A DNA stretch of 64,000 bases from Cyanidioschyzon merolae (taxonomy: Eukaryota), in the NCBI GenBank assembly GCA_000091205.1, contig AP006499.2, one strand, 5' to 3'. Below are positions 33,887 to 45,645 of this stretch, in pieces. Both the position numbers and the translations under genes were made by a program. The notes beneath the pieces were generated by a model, which ran no database searches, was not told where the DNA came from, and worked only from the letters and a program-made list of their open reading frames with translations. Position 1 is the first letter of the stretch, and each line of letters starts with the position of its first letter.

Positions 33887-36271
33887 TTGTGTCAAAGCTG
33901 CGTTCGGGCGGCGGTGCAAGAAGCTCGGGTCCCGAAGCACTTTGTCCGGCGTTTAGCTCCGACTCTGCGGATGCCGGTGGCGAAAAGGCGACGAGGCGGG
34001 AAAACTGCTGCAGTTGAGCCGGACACTCGCGACACACGCTCGGATGCAGTCGCAGACCGGAAACGCACTGCCGCTGAGGTACCTGCGTCGAAGCTTCCAG
34101 GAAAGATCACGGACTTTGGAAGCGTTCCTCTGTCGAGACCTCTCGCCCCACCACTGCTCTTCGAGCTAGCTGAAGAGCGTGCGGACGATCTTTGCCGACT
34201 TGTGCTGGTCTCCCACGAGGGACGCCCGGTGTCCAGCGTCGACGCCCTATCGGAGTCGGAGTGGCGGGGGTTTGCGACTCAGGCAGTGCTGGCTCGCGAA
34301 GCTTGCTTCGCTGCTATACAGGGCGTACACCAGGGTGAGGCTCGTTCAGAGGACACGATTAAAGGAAACCAACGCGCAGCAGCACGCGATGTCAGTGAAA
34401 CTGCGAGCGACGCTGAGGCGGAACCATCTCCAGAAACTGCTATCCAGACGTCCGTATCTATTGCGGTGAGCGAAATGGATGAAATGATCACTCTATTAGA
34501 TGCTGTAATTGGTGGGTTTCTGCAGACCTGCGCTGCAGAAAGGTCAGGCTCTACTCGAGTCGAAGGCGGGGCCTCTCCGGCAGCACCACCACCTATCCTG
34601 CGCCCGGTTCCTCGAGACCGCTTGACAAGCCTCAAAACGCCGGAGACATTGCATCTGCATTCCAAAGACATGGATACAGAACGAGATACAGCGATAGTAA
34701 GCGTACAACGAGGATCGAGCGATTCCATGGGCTGGGCTCCACTCTGGATGCGTCGTGTTCAAACACTACAGTCGATTGCGGCGTTTTTGCGCCATCAGCA
34801 TGAGGTACTGGTTGGGCAAGGGACCAAGAATCGTCGCTTTCGTGAAGATCTTGCAATGCTCTGTTACGGAGACACGACAAGTTGCTCTGTGAATCGTTTG
34901 CGCCCGGTTCTGCTCGATACCCGTCTCTTGAGCGATACGAGAACAACAACAACAACAGCAGCAGCAGCAATGAGTCCGAAAGCTGGTACGCAGCGAATAC
35001 GGATCGAAGCGCACCTCCATGATGACTGCTGGATACCGCTCTGGCCCTGCGAGCGACACGAGTCTGCACTCCATGGCCATATCTCCGTACACGCATCGGA
35101 TATCGCTTCCCGTCTGGACTGCACCTGCCCGGTGCTGTTGCAGTGTTTCCGTGGACCAGAATCCTCGACCTGGTATCCAGATCAAGAGCCATTACTGCCC
35201 TTACAAAACCCAGATCCGATGTCGTTCCGTTCCGTGCCTTCTGCGATGAATGCAAACTCGGAATTCGTCGGTGTGGCTGCAGTTCGCCGTCTTCTGTTCA
35301 GGGTACGCTATCAGCAGACAATGCGACGACTGTATGAGCGACTCATCCACCAGGCGCATGACTGGCTTCGGATGTCCTTGCAGAGGCGATACCCTGGATC
35401 GCCGTTCGCCCGATACGATGGCGTCTGCGATCTTCGCGACGTTGACGAACGAGGCTTCACTTTCTACGATGCGCTCTCAGAGCAGGCGCTGCTGCGCGTT
35501 GCACTTGAACAGAAAACTCCTGGGGTGCTCAGAAGCGAAACGCATAGCGCTTCGGTGCCGCCGCTCCTGCAAGTTGTTGATGATATCGTCGGGCAACACG
35601 GTGCTGATTTTCCTGTGTTATGGCAACTCCTGGGCAATGCGTTGCGCATCTGTCATGGAACACTAGCTGTGTACACCGCAAGTCAGACATTGGGGCTGCT
35701 CGTTGCGAGCCGTCGCGACGGGTCACTGCATCCTCACGATGCAGCTGCTTCACGTGCCGACGTTGCGCACTTTACATTGGAGGTACGCTGGCCACAAACC
35801 GCTGGTGATGCAGCCAGTGTATGTCGGCTTCACTTCGGGAGCGATGCAGTTTCTGGGTGGGCATCAACGGATGCCGCCTCCCATCCAGAAAAGCTCTCGG
35901 ATCCTTCCCAGTTCATTGCGTTCTTGATTCGCAGTGTAGAATCGACACTGCTACGTCGAGCGATCGATGCATGGCATCGCGCGCTGCGTACACAGGCCCT
36001 GGAGTACGAGGTAGCGCTCCTTGCGAGCGGCGTCGCTCGAGTGAAGGTATGGCCTTCGGGTGCTGCGGCCTCAAGCGATGTCGTGGAACCACAGCGGATC
36101 ACGATGCATGTGGAGGCGCTGCAGAGCCCGTCAGCCTTGCCCAAATGGACGGGGCATGTTCAATTCAGACTTTGTTTGAACAGTGAGGAATGCTTTGTCG
36201 GCGATGCTGGTGCGCTCTGGACCTATTTGGACGAGTCGCTCAATATCCAGCGCCTGTTGCCGAACCTGTGA
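33887..36271 (+). CDS. Hypothetical protein (794-aa ORF; likely start at the internal Met MPVAKRRRGG near 33971)
   Basis: A long uninterrupted ORF in a compact locus with a basic N-terminus. I recognise no domain. Confidence 0.45.
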   Translation: MCQSCVRAAVQEARVPKHFVRRLAPTLRMPVAKRRRGGKTAAVEPDTRDTRSDAVADRKRTAAEVPASKLPGKITDFGSVPLSRPLAPPLLFELAEERADDLCRLVLVSHEGRPVSSVDALSESEWRGFATQAVLAREACFAAIQGVHQGEARSEDTIKGNQRAAARDVSETASDAEAEPSPETAIQTSVSIAVSEMDEMITLLDAVIGGFLQTCAAERSGSTRVEGGASPAAPPPILRPVPRDRLTSLKTPETLHLHSKDMDTERDTAIVSVQRGSSDSMGWAPLWMRRVQTLQSIAAFLRHQHEVLVGQGTKNRRFREDLAMLCYGDTTSCSVNRLRPVLLDTRLLSDTRTTTTTAAAAMSPKAGTQRIRIEAHLHDDCWIPLWPCERHESALHGHISVHASDIASRLDCTCPVLLQCFRGPESSTWYPDQEPLLPLQNPDPMSFRSVPSAMNANSEFVGVAAVRRLLFRVRYQQTMRRLYERLIHQAHDWLRMSLQRRYPGSPFARYDGVCDLRDVDERGFTFYDALSEQALLRVALEQKTPGVLRSETHSASVPPLLQVVDDIVGQHGADFPVLWQLLGNALRICHGTLAVYTASQTLGLLVASRRDGSLHPHDAAASRADVAHFTLEVRWPQTAGDAASVCRLHFGSDAVSGWASTDAASHPEKLSDPSQFIAFLIRSVESTLLRRAIDAWHRALRTQALEYEVALLASGVARVKVWPSGAAASSDVVEPQRITMHVEALQSPSALPKWTGHVQFRLCLNSEECFVGDAGALWTYLDESLNIQRLLPNL

Positions 36272-37410
36272 ATGCTCGTGCGATCGTCTCCGCGGTGGTT
36301 CGGCAGATCGTGCAGGACACTTCGCCATTGGACACTGGGCGGAGAGCGTTTACGATCGGCAGCAGAGCTTCTTCGAAAAGCGCAAAGCAACTGAAGTTTT
36401 TTTTCATCGAGCACTGGACATGTCCAGGAGCTTGATTCGCAAACGCGGACCTTCTCGGGATGCAGTACCGACACACAGGGACTGCCACCAGTCCCGAGTA
36501 CGAATTGCACAGGCGTCACAGGCTACAGCTTGTCGAGACGCGTCTGGCGGACGCATGTCTCATCTGTTGGTGCTTCATAGGCATCTTCCTAGGCAATGGT
36601 GCTGTTGTCTCGCAACATTGTTCGTCCCGAGCGAATGACGTGCTCGGTTTCCGCATGGATGCAGTGTCGCTTTTCTCAATTCGGAGTATCGGTATACAGC
36701 GTACAACGCATCTTTCGTGCAGTCAAGAGTGACTTGCGAATCTAGAGCGTCGCTTAAGCTAGAAAAACACCAACTGCCGATGCAATACGCTTTTCTATAT
36801 GTATGCGACCTAGGTCTCATCGATGAATAGAATGAGTATGTCGATCATTTTCTCGATAGCGCACAGCACCAATTTTGGTATGAAACATTCAGACTGTCAC
36901 GCACTTCCAAGTCATCAGGGGATATGTTCTACCCGCTTCCTCATACGCACACACACACACACATACGGCAGGTGCCGCACAGGTCTACACGCTCAAACCT
37001 GTGTGCTTCTGCCCTTCAAGCCAAAGCCTCAGAAAGCACCGCGGTCCCGGAAAAGCACCCCGGACGAAACGTTAGAGATAATAAAGTGAGGATAAAATTA
37101 TAGAAAGCAATACAGCAAGGTTTCTTCCATAAGACAGGAATCGCTGCCCCAACCAAACGCTCCGCAACGCACCAACACGCCTCAGTATCAAGCCGATAAC
37201 AGCAGTTCTCGCGTGAGCGCTTTTCCGTGCCGCTGGTACCGAGATAGCGTGCAGGCGCTGCGAGACGTATCCCCGACCACGCAGACGATTCCGGTATCTG
37301 GTGCCGTTGACCCCAAAACACCCCAAAGGACTGATTTCGACTTGATTGTTGCCACAGTTGAATCATTGAATACGTTTCATTTTGCAAGCGCTGTTTCCTA
37401 GACGCTTCGT

Positions 37411-38214
37411 TTGGCAAGTAACGTAGGCCTCGTTATGGCAATGGGTACCACGGCGTCGACTCCAGCAACACTGGAAACTGACAAGAAACAGCTCTTGGAA
37501 AGGTTTGCTGAAGAGGAAGCAGCTTTCTCTGAAATACGCTTAGCGCAGCAAACTCTTGAACGCTGTCAGCTTCTGCTAGAGCAAGCAAAAGCGTTCTACG
37601 AGCGGGCGCTCAAGAGTACACAGCGCGATGCCCAGTCGGACACCGCTTTGGCCTCGACGTTCGACTCGGGCACTGTGGAAGTGCAGCCGCACAGTTTGCT
37701 TATTCGGGCACGCTTGCAACTATACAGATCTCAATTTAACTACGGCTGGGCACTTGTACAACAGCCGCAACCGACTGGACGAGAGCTGGTGCGAGAAGGC
37801 ATCCAACTGTTGCAGCGTCTCGCCAGTGAACTGGAGCGGGATGAGCACGCGAACGACGAGAATCTCGCCTCTGAATGCTATTACTTCGCTGCTTACGGCC
37901 TGTATCGCCTCGGTGAATGGTCCGAGGCTCGCAATATGCTGCGAATACTGGTGAGTCGGCGCGACGGCTCGAGTCAGCAGCGTCGTCAAGCGAGTGCTTT
38001 CCTGGCCATTGTCGATGATCGTATTCGGCGTGATGGATGGATTGGACTCGGCGTTGCCACAGCGCTATTCGGTGTCGCCGGTGCGGCTGTTGTCGGGGGC
38101 ATCCTCGCAATGCAGAAATTAGGCAACCGAGACGCGTCTGCGACGGATGCTACAAAGGCGCGACGAGGCTCTGCGGTCGCGTCCCGTCGCGAAGCTTCGC
38201 AAGGTCCGTCGTGA
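37411..38214 (+). CDS. FIS1: Mitochondrial fission protein Fis1-like (TPR-like fold with C-terminal tail anchor)
   Basis: ECYYFAAYGLYRLGEWSEARNMLRILVSRRDGSSQQRRQASAFLAIVDDRIRRDGWIGLGVATALFGVAGAAVVGGILA parallels Fis1 YLFYLAVGNYRLKEYEKALKYVRGLL...NNQAKELERLIDKAMKKDGLVGMAIVGGMALGVAG, including the C-terminal TM segment plus basic end. Confidence 0.6.
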   Translation: MASNVGLVMAMGTTASTPATLETDKKQLLERFAEEEAAFSEIRLAQQTLERCQLLLEQAKAFYERALKSTQRDAQSDTALASTFDSGTVEVQPHSLLIRARLQLYRSQFNYGWALVQQPQPTGRELVREGIQLLQRLASELERDEHANDENLASECYYFAAYGLYRLGEWSEARNMLRILVSRRDGSSQQRRQASAFLAIVDDRIRRDGWIGLGVATALFGVAGAAVVGGILAMQKLGNRDASATDATKARRGSAVASRREASQGPS

Positions 38215-41053
38215 AGCGGCTACGACGAAGCACAAGTTTTCTAGTTTTCGGAAGTAAGCACGTGGATATGGCGCTCCGAGTCTCTGGTGGTGATGTTCGT
38301 TTCAAACGAAAAATGCGGATGAAGATGGATGAAAAAGTGCATGCGCATGCACCGGTCTCTCGGTCGAGAGATCCGGCACCTGCCGCAGCTGCTCTGCCGG
38401 AGAAGCGCACGGCAGTGGTGGTGCTGGCGTCTCTGAAGCGAAACCAAATCAGCAGACGTGAACGGTATGTTGGGCATTGCGTGTCCTACCCAAAGCATGT
38501 GCAACACGTTGCTTGCAACGGAGACGCTACTGGGCCAGTTTTCTTACAGAAACGCTTCGCCGTCGAGCAATGGCCAGCGAATGTAACATTTTCCCTGAAT
38601 CGTTGCGGTTCGTTGAAAATTGCTTGGAAAATCGGTGATGACGGCTGCGGTGCACACGGAACTCCACACAGAAGCACCTGTTCATGTCGTGCCCCTTGGG
38701 GGATATAGCGTGCTCTGGGTCGGCTGAAGACCGGATTTCTACGGCCTGGTTGCTTCTCATCGGGGCTTTCGTCGGCGCACAAGGAACACAGTGGACGAGA
38801 CTTTTGGTACCAGCGTCGTTCACTTCGCTGAACCCTCGGGTCTCGATGCCCTCGCGCAGCGGCGGTACTGATTGACGACATCCATGAGACTGCAGCACGG
38901 ACACGAGGGTGCAATGTATCTCATATGAATACTCATCGGAACCGGTCTTGCATACCAATCTGATACTCATTTCAGAGTAAAAAATGAAATGGACACACTC
39001 ACATAAGTAGAGCGAACACGCTAAATTTTGGGCCTGTTACCACTTTCTGGAACACCAGTTTTGCGGGCTTTCTCTGTGACTGCTTCGTTTTTCGTCGCCC
39101 CAGTCTGAGGCGTTAAATATGCCAGTCTCTAGTGTTGCTCTAGCTTCGATACAAGCAGTCGAAAGATATTGATGACGGCATTCTAGTCCCGATTTGGCAG
39201 TTTCCGGCAGATGTCGAGGCATTTCATGCACAGGTGGAAATAGCGATCTACGCTCCGCTGGCTGTTGTCATCTCCCCAGCATGCAGCTTCAATGCGTCCT
39301 TGGAAGCGTCGACGCTAGGATGTGGTCAGGCATACCCACATGTCCATCGAACCTTCTCGTTTTCCGAGGTTCGGCCCTGTGGCTCGTGAAGGTCCATGTC
39401 ATCGCTCGGCGCTTGCCCTTGGCGGGTACGCAGAGCTCCCCTCGATGCAGTGCTTTGTTTCCGCGTTCCATGCCGTTCCCTGCGACCGTGGACTTTTGGA
39501 AGATCCCCCTGGCGAGTGCTCTGTTCGGCACATGCGGAAGCGCACGCTGTTGCATTCTACAGCGTTTCTTTTTTAAAGCGATTTTGTCGAAGATGAATCT
39601 AGTAGCGGGAGGAAGATCCTGGCCGGATTCGCAGTCGAGAAATCTCGATCTACCTACGTACCTGTCGTGCGAAGCGGTGACACACGCTTCACTGGGAGCG
39701 ATCGCCACGATAACTGAATTCCGAGGCCAACCTCCTTTTTCCATGCAAACAGAAGAGACGGGCGCCCCTTCGGACATATCTTGTGTGGACTACCATGTTA
39801 CTACCGTCGAATACCATGTCGTCGATGGCGAAAAACAGAGAATGTTTTTCTGCTGAACGGGATCGATTTTCTGACGGTGCGAATTTCAATGTGCTTTGGA
39901 TATGAGTTGGTCAACAGGTCCTCAATGGGCGAGGTCGAGCTCTGGACTTCGTCAATCCTGCAGTCCGAACGGATGTACCCAAGAAATCGGGTTGGAGCAA
40001 CATGATCGAAGACTTGAAGAATACGTGATTCTAGCATGCTAGGCGCAGGACAGAAACAAGAGCGGAGGCCTGTACGTGTGCACTGGATATTGGTGTTGGT
40101 GAATTTACGAATCCTTCTTCGAGAGCGTCTAAAATCATCTTGATTCCCGACACAACACGAATTCCACCTGCGATACATCGAATGATCCGCTCTTGAAAAA
40201 CGAGCTAGAATCCGAAACCTACACGTGAATCCGCACGCCGTTATTGCTGCACTTTTAATGTCGAGGCTGTACATCTAAAAGAATGTCCTGAAAGATCTCC
40301 AGGCGGGGACAGATCGCGTCGTTCAGACTTCGATTTGAATCTGACACGAGCGCACATTTGCTAGATATTGGTGTCAGAGATGGATCGTGGATATGTTTCA
40401 GGGCTCTGGGAGATTTTAACCCCAATGTACTCGATGAAAGGCTCTATTCTTTCTTTCAGGCCATGTACAGATGGTGTCTGGAATTCGGCATCGCAGCGAT
40501 TCGAAGTTCCGGTTCACGATAGGGCACGCTCAACAACTAGCGTCCGACGTTGCTAAGGTGAAGACGCCAAAATTACCATGCAAACTTCATGTCGGTGATG
40601 CGCGGAATTCGGGAGCGTTCGCCACGTTGGTTTATTTTGAGCGCAAAACAAAACTTGTGGCAAACACTATACATCTGTGCGTTGAGCCTGTCGACGGCGC
40701 TCTGTTCCGGGAGTCGGGCGTAATGTCAGCACTGGGCTGCAGTGCATCCGGATCCCTTGGTGAACAAAAAGGCATTGTCGGCGAATAGAGGTGAGAGGTG
40801 AAAATTGGCTGGTTCATGTCTTGCGCTTTGAAAATCAGGGCCCGATTCAAGTTCTCTACCACACACGTTCGATGTACATGCTTGCATCCTGATCACAATC
40901 AAATGACCTCTTAATCTATATCCAGTGGAAATTCACGTCTGCATCACAGCGAAAACCCCCCGAGTTTCCGCAGCGTCGCCCCTGCATTCGCCAAATAATA
41001 TTTTCAACGTCCAGTTCGCCAGGAGCGTTCCTCCTCTAACACGCGTGAGATAC

Positions 41054-41698
41054 TTAAGCCCCAGGGATACCGCTTTCAAAGTCCGCTTCTCCAGGAGGTT
41101 TCCGGATTGCAGCGTGGGCTATCGCGATCGTTGCGACAACGAACAAGAGCGTACTGAACGTCGCACCCGCGCCTGTTAACCACAGAATAACCAAAGAGAA
41201 GACCAAAACAACGACACTTTTCCCGCGACTATCTAAAACCACGCGGTCGCCGAGTGCTGTGATCGGTTCGGGGTTCAGCGCAAACAGGTACGTGTAGAGA
41301 GCGAAAATGGCCAGCGCACCCAGAATGCTCAGCGGTGACACGAGCACCATAAGCACAACAAGCACAGCGAAGATCGTGGCATAGTTGTACGCGTAATATG
41401 CAAGGTTCTGCGACACTCGTTCACGAAGCTCACTCAGCTCGGGCTTATTCATAGCGGCTGTGTTAAAGAACTCATTCCAGGGTCGAGAACGCGTCCACAG
41501 GTCGCCGATGCGCGCTCGAAAGTCCTCGCCTGTCGGTAAGCGCCGCAGAAGACTCCCGAGGACGCCCGGCGCCTCCATAACTGCCGTCGAAGACACCGAA
41601 CTTGCGGCACCTCCATTCGGACTCACTTGTATCGCCATGGAAAACGTAGCGAAAGGAGAACACAACTGAAGTCTGAATGGCAACGAAGTGGTAGACAC
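41054..41698 (-). CDS. PRA1 (prenylated Rab acceptor / Yip3) family membrane protein
   Basis: SRPWNEFF motif (PRA1 RPWxEF), then YYAYNYATIFAVLVVLMVLVSPLSILGALAIFALYTYLF and a second hydrophobic hairpin. Topology and length (214 aa) fit PRA1. Confidence 0.7.
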   Translation of the reverse strand: MSTTSLPFRLQLCSPFATFSMAIQVSPNGGAASSVSSTAVMEAPGVLGSLLRRLPTGEDFRARIGDLWTRSRPWNEFFNTAAMNKPELSELRERVSQNLAYYAYNYATIFAVLVVLMVLVSPLSILGALAIFALYTYLFALNPEPITALGDRVVLDSRGKSVVVLVFSLVILWLTGAGATFSTLLFVVATIAIAHAAIRKPPGEADFESGIPGA

Positions 41699-41858
41699 GC
41701 AGGTGCCTCGCGTAACGAGTGCTGTCCAGGGGTTGCGTTGGCGCCGGTGTGCTCATGTCCATGAAGCGATTTGCTGGACGGTGTGCATGATTGTACTGTT
41801 ATGTACTGTAATACAAAGTTTGTACGGAATGCCGGCTTTACGCGCACTGGGGCTGCCT

Positions 41859-42126
41859 CGCGTGCCCTGATCGTGGCCCTTGGCATGCAGAAACTGTACA
41901 GAAACGGATTTTGCTGCCCAGACATGTCGCGTGCCCTGATCGTGGCCCTTGGCATGCAGAAACTGTACAGAAATTCCTTTTCCTGCCCAGACATGTCGCG
42001 TGCCCTGATCGTGGCCCTTGGCATGCAGAAACTGTACAGAAACGGATTTTCCTGCTCAGACATGTCGCATGCCCTCATCGTGGCCCTTGGCATGCAGAAA
42101 CTGTACAGAAATGCCTTTGCCTACCC
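41859..42126. repeat. Minisatellite: 69-bp unit x about 4 (units start 41861, 41930, 41999, 42068)
   Basis: cg[c/g]tgccctgatcgtggcccttggcatgcagaaactgtacagaaa[cggattttgctg/ttccttttcctg]cccagacatgt repeated head-to-tail, about 90% unit identity. It lies between PRA1 (-) and the DGAT1-like gene (+). Confidence 0.9.
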
Positions 42127-42300
42127 TAGCAAGAAGGCGTGCTGCATGTGCTGCAGGCCGACCGTTTTGCGCAGCCGATCGCAGGCTGCCGGCAGCGAAG
42201 CGCCACGCACCAGTATACACGCTGTACCGGGATGCGTGCTTGTGTGCGCTGCCAGGCACCAGCTCACGTGCACGAGCAGCACAAGCACTACCGACCCCTT

Positions 42301-43950
42301 ATGACGACAGAGTCTCCAGCGTCTGCTCCTGAAAATGAAGTGATCCAGGGCTCAAACGGTGTGCAGGATGATGCAGCAGCGGTTGAAGTGACTCGCCCTT
42401 CAATATACCCGCAGTCGCACCGTCCGCAACCGCGGGACGTGCCGCTGTCCTTCATCGACGAGCGCAACTTGTTGAGTGAGTTGAAAACATCACGTCTAGA
42501 GGGGTTTTATAACTTGAGTTTTCTCTTACTCGGTTTCGCGCTTTTCTACATGACAGTGCGCTCTATTGTCGAAAAGGGACTGCTCGTGGACTTTGGTGGC
42601 ATCTTGTTTCGTTGCCCAGCGTTCTTGTCCGATGTCTGGTTCGTTCTTCGATTCTCCGCAGCACTTTGGGTGTATTCTCTGCTTTTCTTCCTCTTAGTTT
42701 GGCTGGCTATGGCCCAGAAGCAATACAGTCGCCGTCGCTGGTTACAGCGGCTGCGCATCGCGCTTGCAGTCTGCGGCTACATCGCAGTCCAGGCGGTGTT
42801 ATACTGTGGAAGCACTTGGGTGCTCTGGCAACGACCAACGACACCAGCGCTCGGAGGATTCCTGACTCTTTGGGTTATTACGATATCGCTGAAAGGTCAC
42901 AGTTATTTCATCACAAATTGGTACCTGGCCGAGGAAGCGGAACGAGCTTGGCGAGAACGGGCGCGTCGCAAAAAGGAGACACCCGTCGATGCGCATGAGG
43001 AGCCCCCGCACTCTGATGTAGCGCTTGGTGACGCTACATCTGGTACCACGAAGACCTCGCCAACGGAATCAGATCGTCAGTCGTCGTCTGACATGCCTGA
43101 TTCAAGGGCGGGAACGCAGAGCCGGCCCCTGAAGCGGGACTCCTCGGTATCGAGCGATCTCTCCAGCACGATGAGTGTCGGGTTTTCGCGTGCAGTCCGC
43201 CAGAATCGATTGCGTGGCTTTCCGGCGAATGTGAATTTGGGAAACTTTGCATACTTCATGGTCGCGCCCACGCTGGTCTACGAGACGGAGTATCCTCGCA
43301 CGGAGCGTGTCCGCTACCGCTACGTTGCAACGATGGTAGGCGTCATACTGCTCTGTATCGCGACTCAAGTAGCGATCATGCAGCAGTTTATGCTCCCAGT
43401 TTTACAGGGACAATCGGCTGGTTATTCTCTGGTTTATCATGCAGCAAAACTTGCGATTCCGTCCATTATTGTATGGCTGTTGGGTTTTCTGTGGTTCTTT
43501 CACTGCGCGCTCTCGGCATGGGCAGAGCTGCTTCGCTTCGCGGATCGTCAATTCTATCAGGATTGGTGGAACGCCACGACTCTAGAGTCATTCTGGAACA
43601 AATGGAATATGCTTGTGCATGAATGGGCTTTGCGTCATGTGTTCATTGAACTTCAGTACAGAAGCAAGCGAGTGAGCAAGGCAGCCGCCGGCTTTGCAAC
43701 ATTCCTCGTGAGCGCTGTGCTCCACGAATACCTGTTCGCTGTCGCGTTCAAGACGATCAGCGTTGGTATGTTTCTGGGAATGATGATTCAGGTTCCGGGC
43801 ATCTGGCTTACGCGACACTCGTATTTCCAGGGACGGCGTCGCGGCAATCTGCTCATGTGGCTAATGCTCTTTCTGGGGCATCCGCTGGGCGAGTTGCTGT
43901 ACTTTCGGGCGTATTTTCGGAACCATCATAACTTCTTCTGTCATGACTGA
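42301..43950 (+). CDS. MBOAT-family acyl-CoA:diacylglycerol/sterol O-acyltransferase (DGAT1/ACAT-like)
   Basis: Multi-pass membrane protein with FYQDWWNATTLESFWNKWNMLVHEWALRHVF (the DGAT1/ACAT FYxDWWN signature) and the conserved His region (SAVLHEY). The start is taken at ATG 42301 (MTTESPAS...), because the upstream ORF extension overlaps the minisatellite. Confidence 0.8.
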   Translation: MTTESPASAPENEVIQGSNGVQDDAAAVEVTRPSIYPQSHRPQPRDVPLSFIDERNLLSELKTSRLEGFYNLSFLLLGFALFYMTVRSIVEKGLLVDFGGILFRCPAFLSDVWFVLRFSAALWVYSLLFFLLVWLAMAQKQYSRRRWLQRLRIALAVCGYIAVQAVLYCGSTWVLWQRPTTPALGGFLTLWVITISLKGHSYFITNWYLAEEAERAWRERARRKKETPVDAHEEPPHSDVALGDATSGTTKTSPTESDRQSSSDMPDSRAGTQSRPLKRDSSVSSDLSSTMSVGFSRAVRQNRLRGFPANVNLGNFAYFMVAPTLVYETEYPRTERVRYRYVATMVGVILLCIATQVAIMQQFMLPVLQGQSAGYSLVYHAAKLAIPSIIVWLLGFLWFFHCALSAWAELLRFADRQFYQDWWNATTLESFWNKWNMLVHEWALRHVFIELQYRSKRVSKAAAGFATFLVSAVLHEYLFAVAFKTISVGMFLGMMIQVPGIWLTRHSYFQGRRRGNLLMWLMLFLGHPLGELLYFRAYFRNHHNFFCHD

Positions 43951-44625
43951 ATCGCAGATGCTGAGACAATGGCCCGCCTCCGCTGCGGCACCCCGATTTC
44001 ATCATGAGTTGGGCCAAGTTGCGCGCGATTCTCGCAAGCGTACACCGCATACAGCGCGTCTCTCATCGAGAGCATGCGCCCAGGTACCGTGCTGCACAGC
44101 GTCAACCGTCTCAAGCGACAAGCGCATGGCACCGAGGGCGCACGGCATCGTTATGCGTCGCAGTGTAGCGAGGCGCAGTTCGCTTGTTTCGCACTTGGAT
44201 GCGTCGTGGTCACCAAGTGTGCGCAGTTATCAGATGGCTCCATGAGAAACCGCCGCGGCGCACCGCGGATGCATGAATGCAGCACATGTATCGATGCAAG
44301 GTGCTTTCACCAAGTTTCTATTATTCGTGACCGCATATCACCATGCTGGGATCATTGCGATCCTGGTCGCTGACTTGGATATGTCGCAGGCTTGCAGCGT
44401 GTGTAATTGTGCGTCTGCGGCCGCTCCGAATTCTCCCAGTGACCTCACAACAGACCCATATCGTATGATGTGCTGTAGTGCAGTATTGCGCTGTATCTTT
44501 ACGGAGTAACGGACGTGTTGGACCGTGCTCTGTGAACGTGCGCGCTGCGTCCAGCGTAATCATGGCAATCACAAGGTTCTGTTTCAAGCATTTCAGGAGC
44601 GCGACCGCTGGTGTCGTGTTCGCGC

Positions 44626-45645
44626 TTAGCCCGGCGAGCGCTGCGATGCACCTGATGCGGTACCCGCTCGCTGCTGCTGCTGCTGCTGCTGCGCAGATGA
44701 GGCCCGGGCTGCAGCCTCAGGATCGGGCACAATCTGACCCTTGACGAGCCGGAAGAACTCCACCTCTGAGCCACCTGCGGCTGGAAAATGCTCCCAAGGA
44801 GTCTGAAAATCAAACGTTCGAAACTCTTGCGTGATCTCCAGCGGCTCGTATACGACGCGCTTCTCAACTTCATCATATCGAACTTCTTCGTACCCCGATA
44901 ATGGAAAATCTTTGCGTAACGCATGGTAGCTTGTTCCGTAATCGCTAAGAATGCGACGCAAATCCGGGTGATTCATGAAAAACACGCCAAACATATCGTA
45001 GACTTCTCGTTCGAACCAGTCAGCGCCTTTGAAGACGGAGGTTGCAGACTCGAGCGGGGTCAATTCATTGACGTGCGTCTGCACGCGGATTCGGGTATTG
45101 TAAACGAGAGACTGTAAATTGTAGACAACACGAAAGCGATCGGGCCGATCTGGAAAGTCGACACCACAACAGTCGATAAAGTGGCGGAAGCGACAAGTCG
45201 CGTGATCGCGTAAGAAACGCAACACCGGCACAGTGGCCGTTGGCGGCACTTCGAGGACCAGCTCACCCCCCGAGTTCACGTCATGGCCGTGGTGAATGTA
45301 TACAGCTGATATGAACTTGGGAAGCATCTCTACGATTGAGGCTGCAAAACGTTTCTGGGACTCCAACCGCAGAGGTTCGCTGTGTTCGGGACCTGCGCGG
45401 TATACCGGGTCAGCTGAGCGCTCCCTGTTCAACTCATCTGAAGTAGTGCTTCGTTGCCGAAAGCCCAGCGTGCCGTGGCGTACGGGCAGTACCGTACTCC
45501 TGGTTAGCGTATGCAACCAAAAGCGCCCAACCATTCCGCGGTGCGTTAAGAGCGCGCGCCACAGCTGTACCATTTTCGAAGCAAACGCCACACACCGTGC
45601 AGTCTTCTCTGTCCTGCTCACAAACAAGTTGGTTGGTCGAAACAA
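44626..45645 (-). CDS. NDUFS3: NADH:ubiquinone oxidoreductase 30 kDa subunit (NDUFS3/Nad9), nuclear-encoded with presequence
   Basis: ELVLEVPPTATVPVLRFLRDHATCRFRHFIDCCGVDFPDRPDRFRVVYNLQSL...ESATSVFKGADWFEREVYDMFGVFFMNHPDLRRILSDYG...HALRKDFPLSGYEEVRYDEVEKRVVYEPLE is the complex I 30-kDa subunit signature. The true start is possibly the Met at 45573. There is a low-complexity Q/A-rich C-terminal tail. Confidence 0.85.
   Translation of the reverse strand: MFRPTNLFVSRTEKTARCVAFASKMVQLWRALLTHRGMVGRFWLHTLTRSTVLPVRHGTLGFRQRSTTSDELNRERSADPVYRAGPEHSEPLRLESQKRFAASIVEMLPKFISAVYIHHGHDVNSGGELVLEVPPTATVPVLRFLRDHATCRFRHFIDCCGVDFPDRPDRFRVVYNLQSLVYNTRIRVQTHVNELTPLESATSVFKGADWFEREVYDMFGVFFMNHPDLRRILSDYGTSYHALRKDFPLSGYEEVRYDEVEKRVVYEPLEITQEFRTFDFQTPWEHFPAAGGSEVEFFRLVKGQIVPDPEAAARASSAQQQQQQQRAGTASGASQRSPG

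Noticed and set aside
41859-42126. CRISPR-like interpretation of the 69-bp repeat array
   Set aside because: Units are contiguous with no unique spacers. The context is eukaryotic intergenic (PRA1/DGAT1 promoter). There are no cas-like genes, and no prokaryotic gene organisation anywhere in the window.
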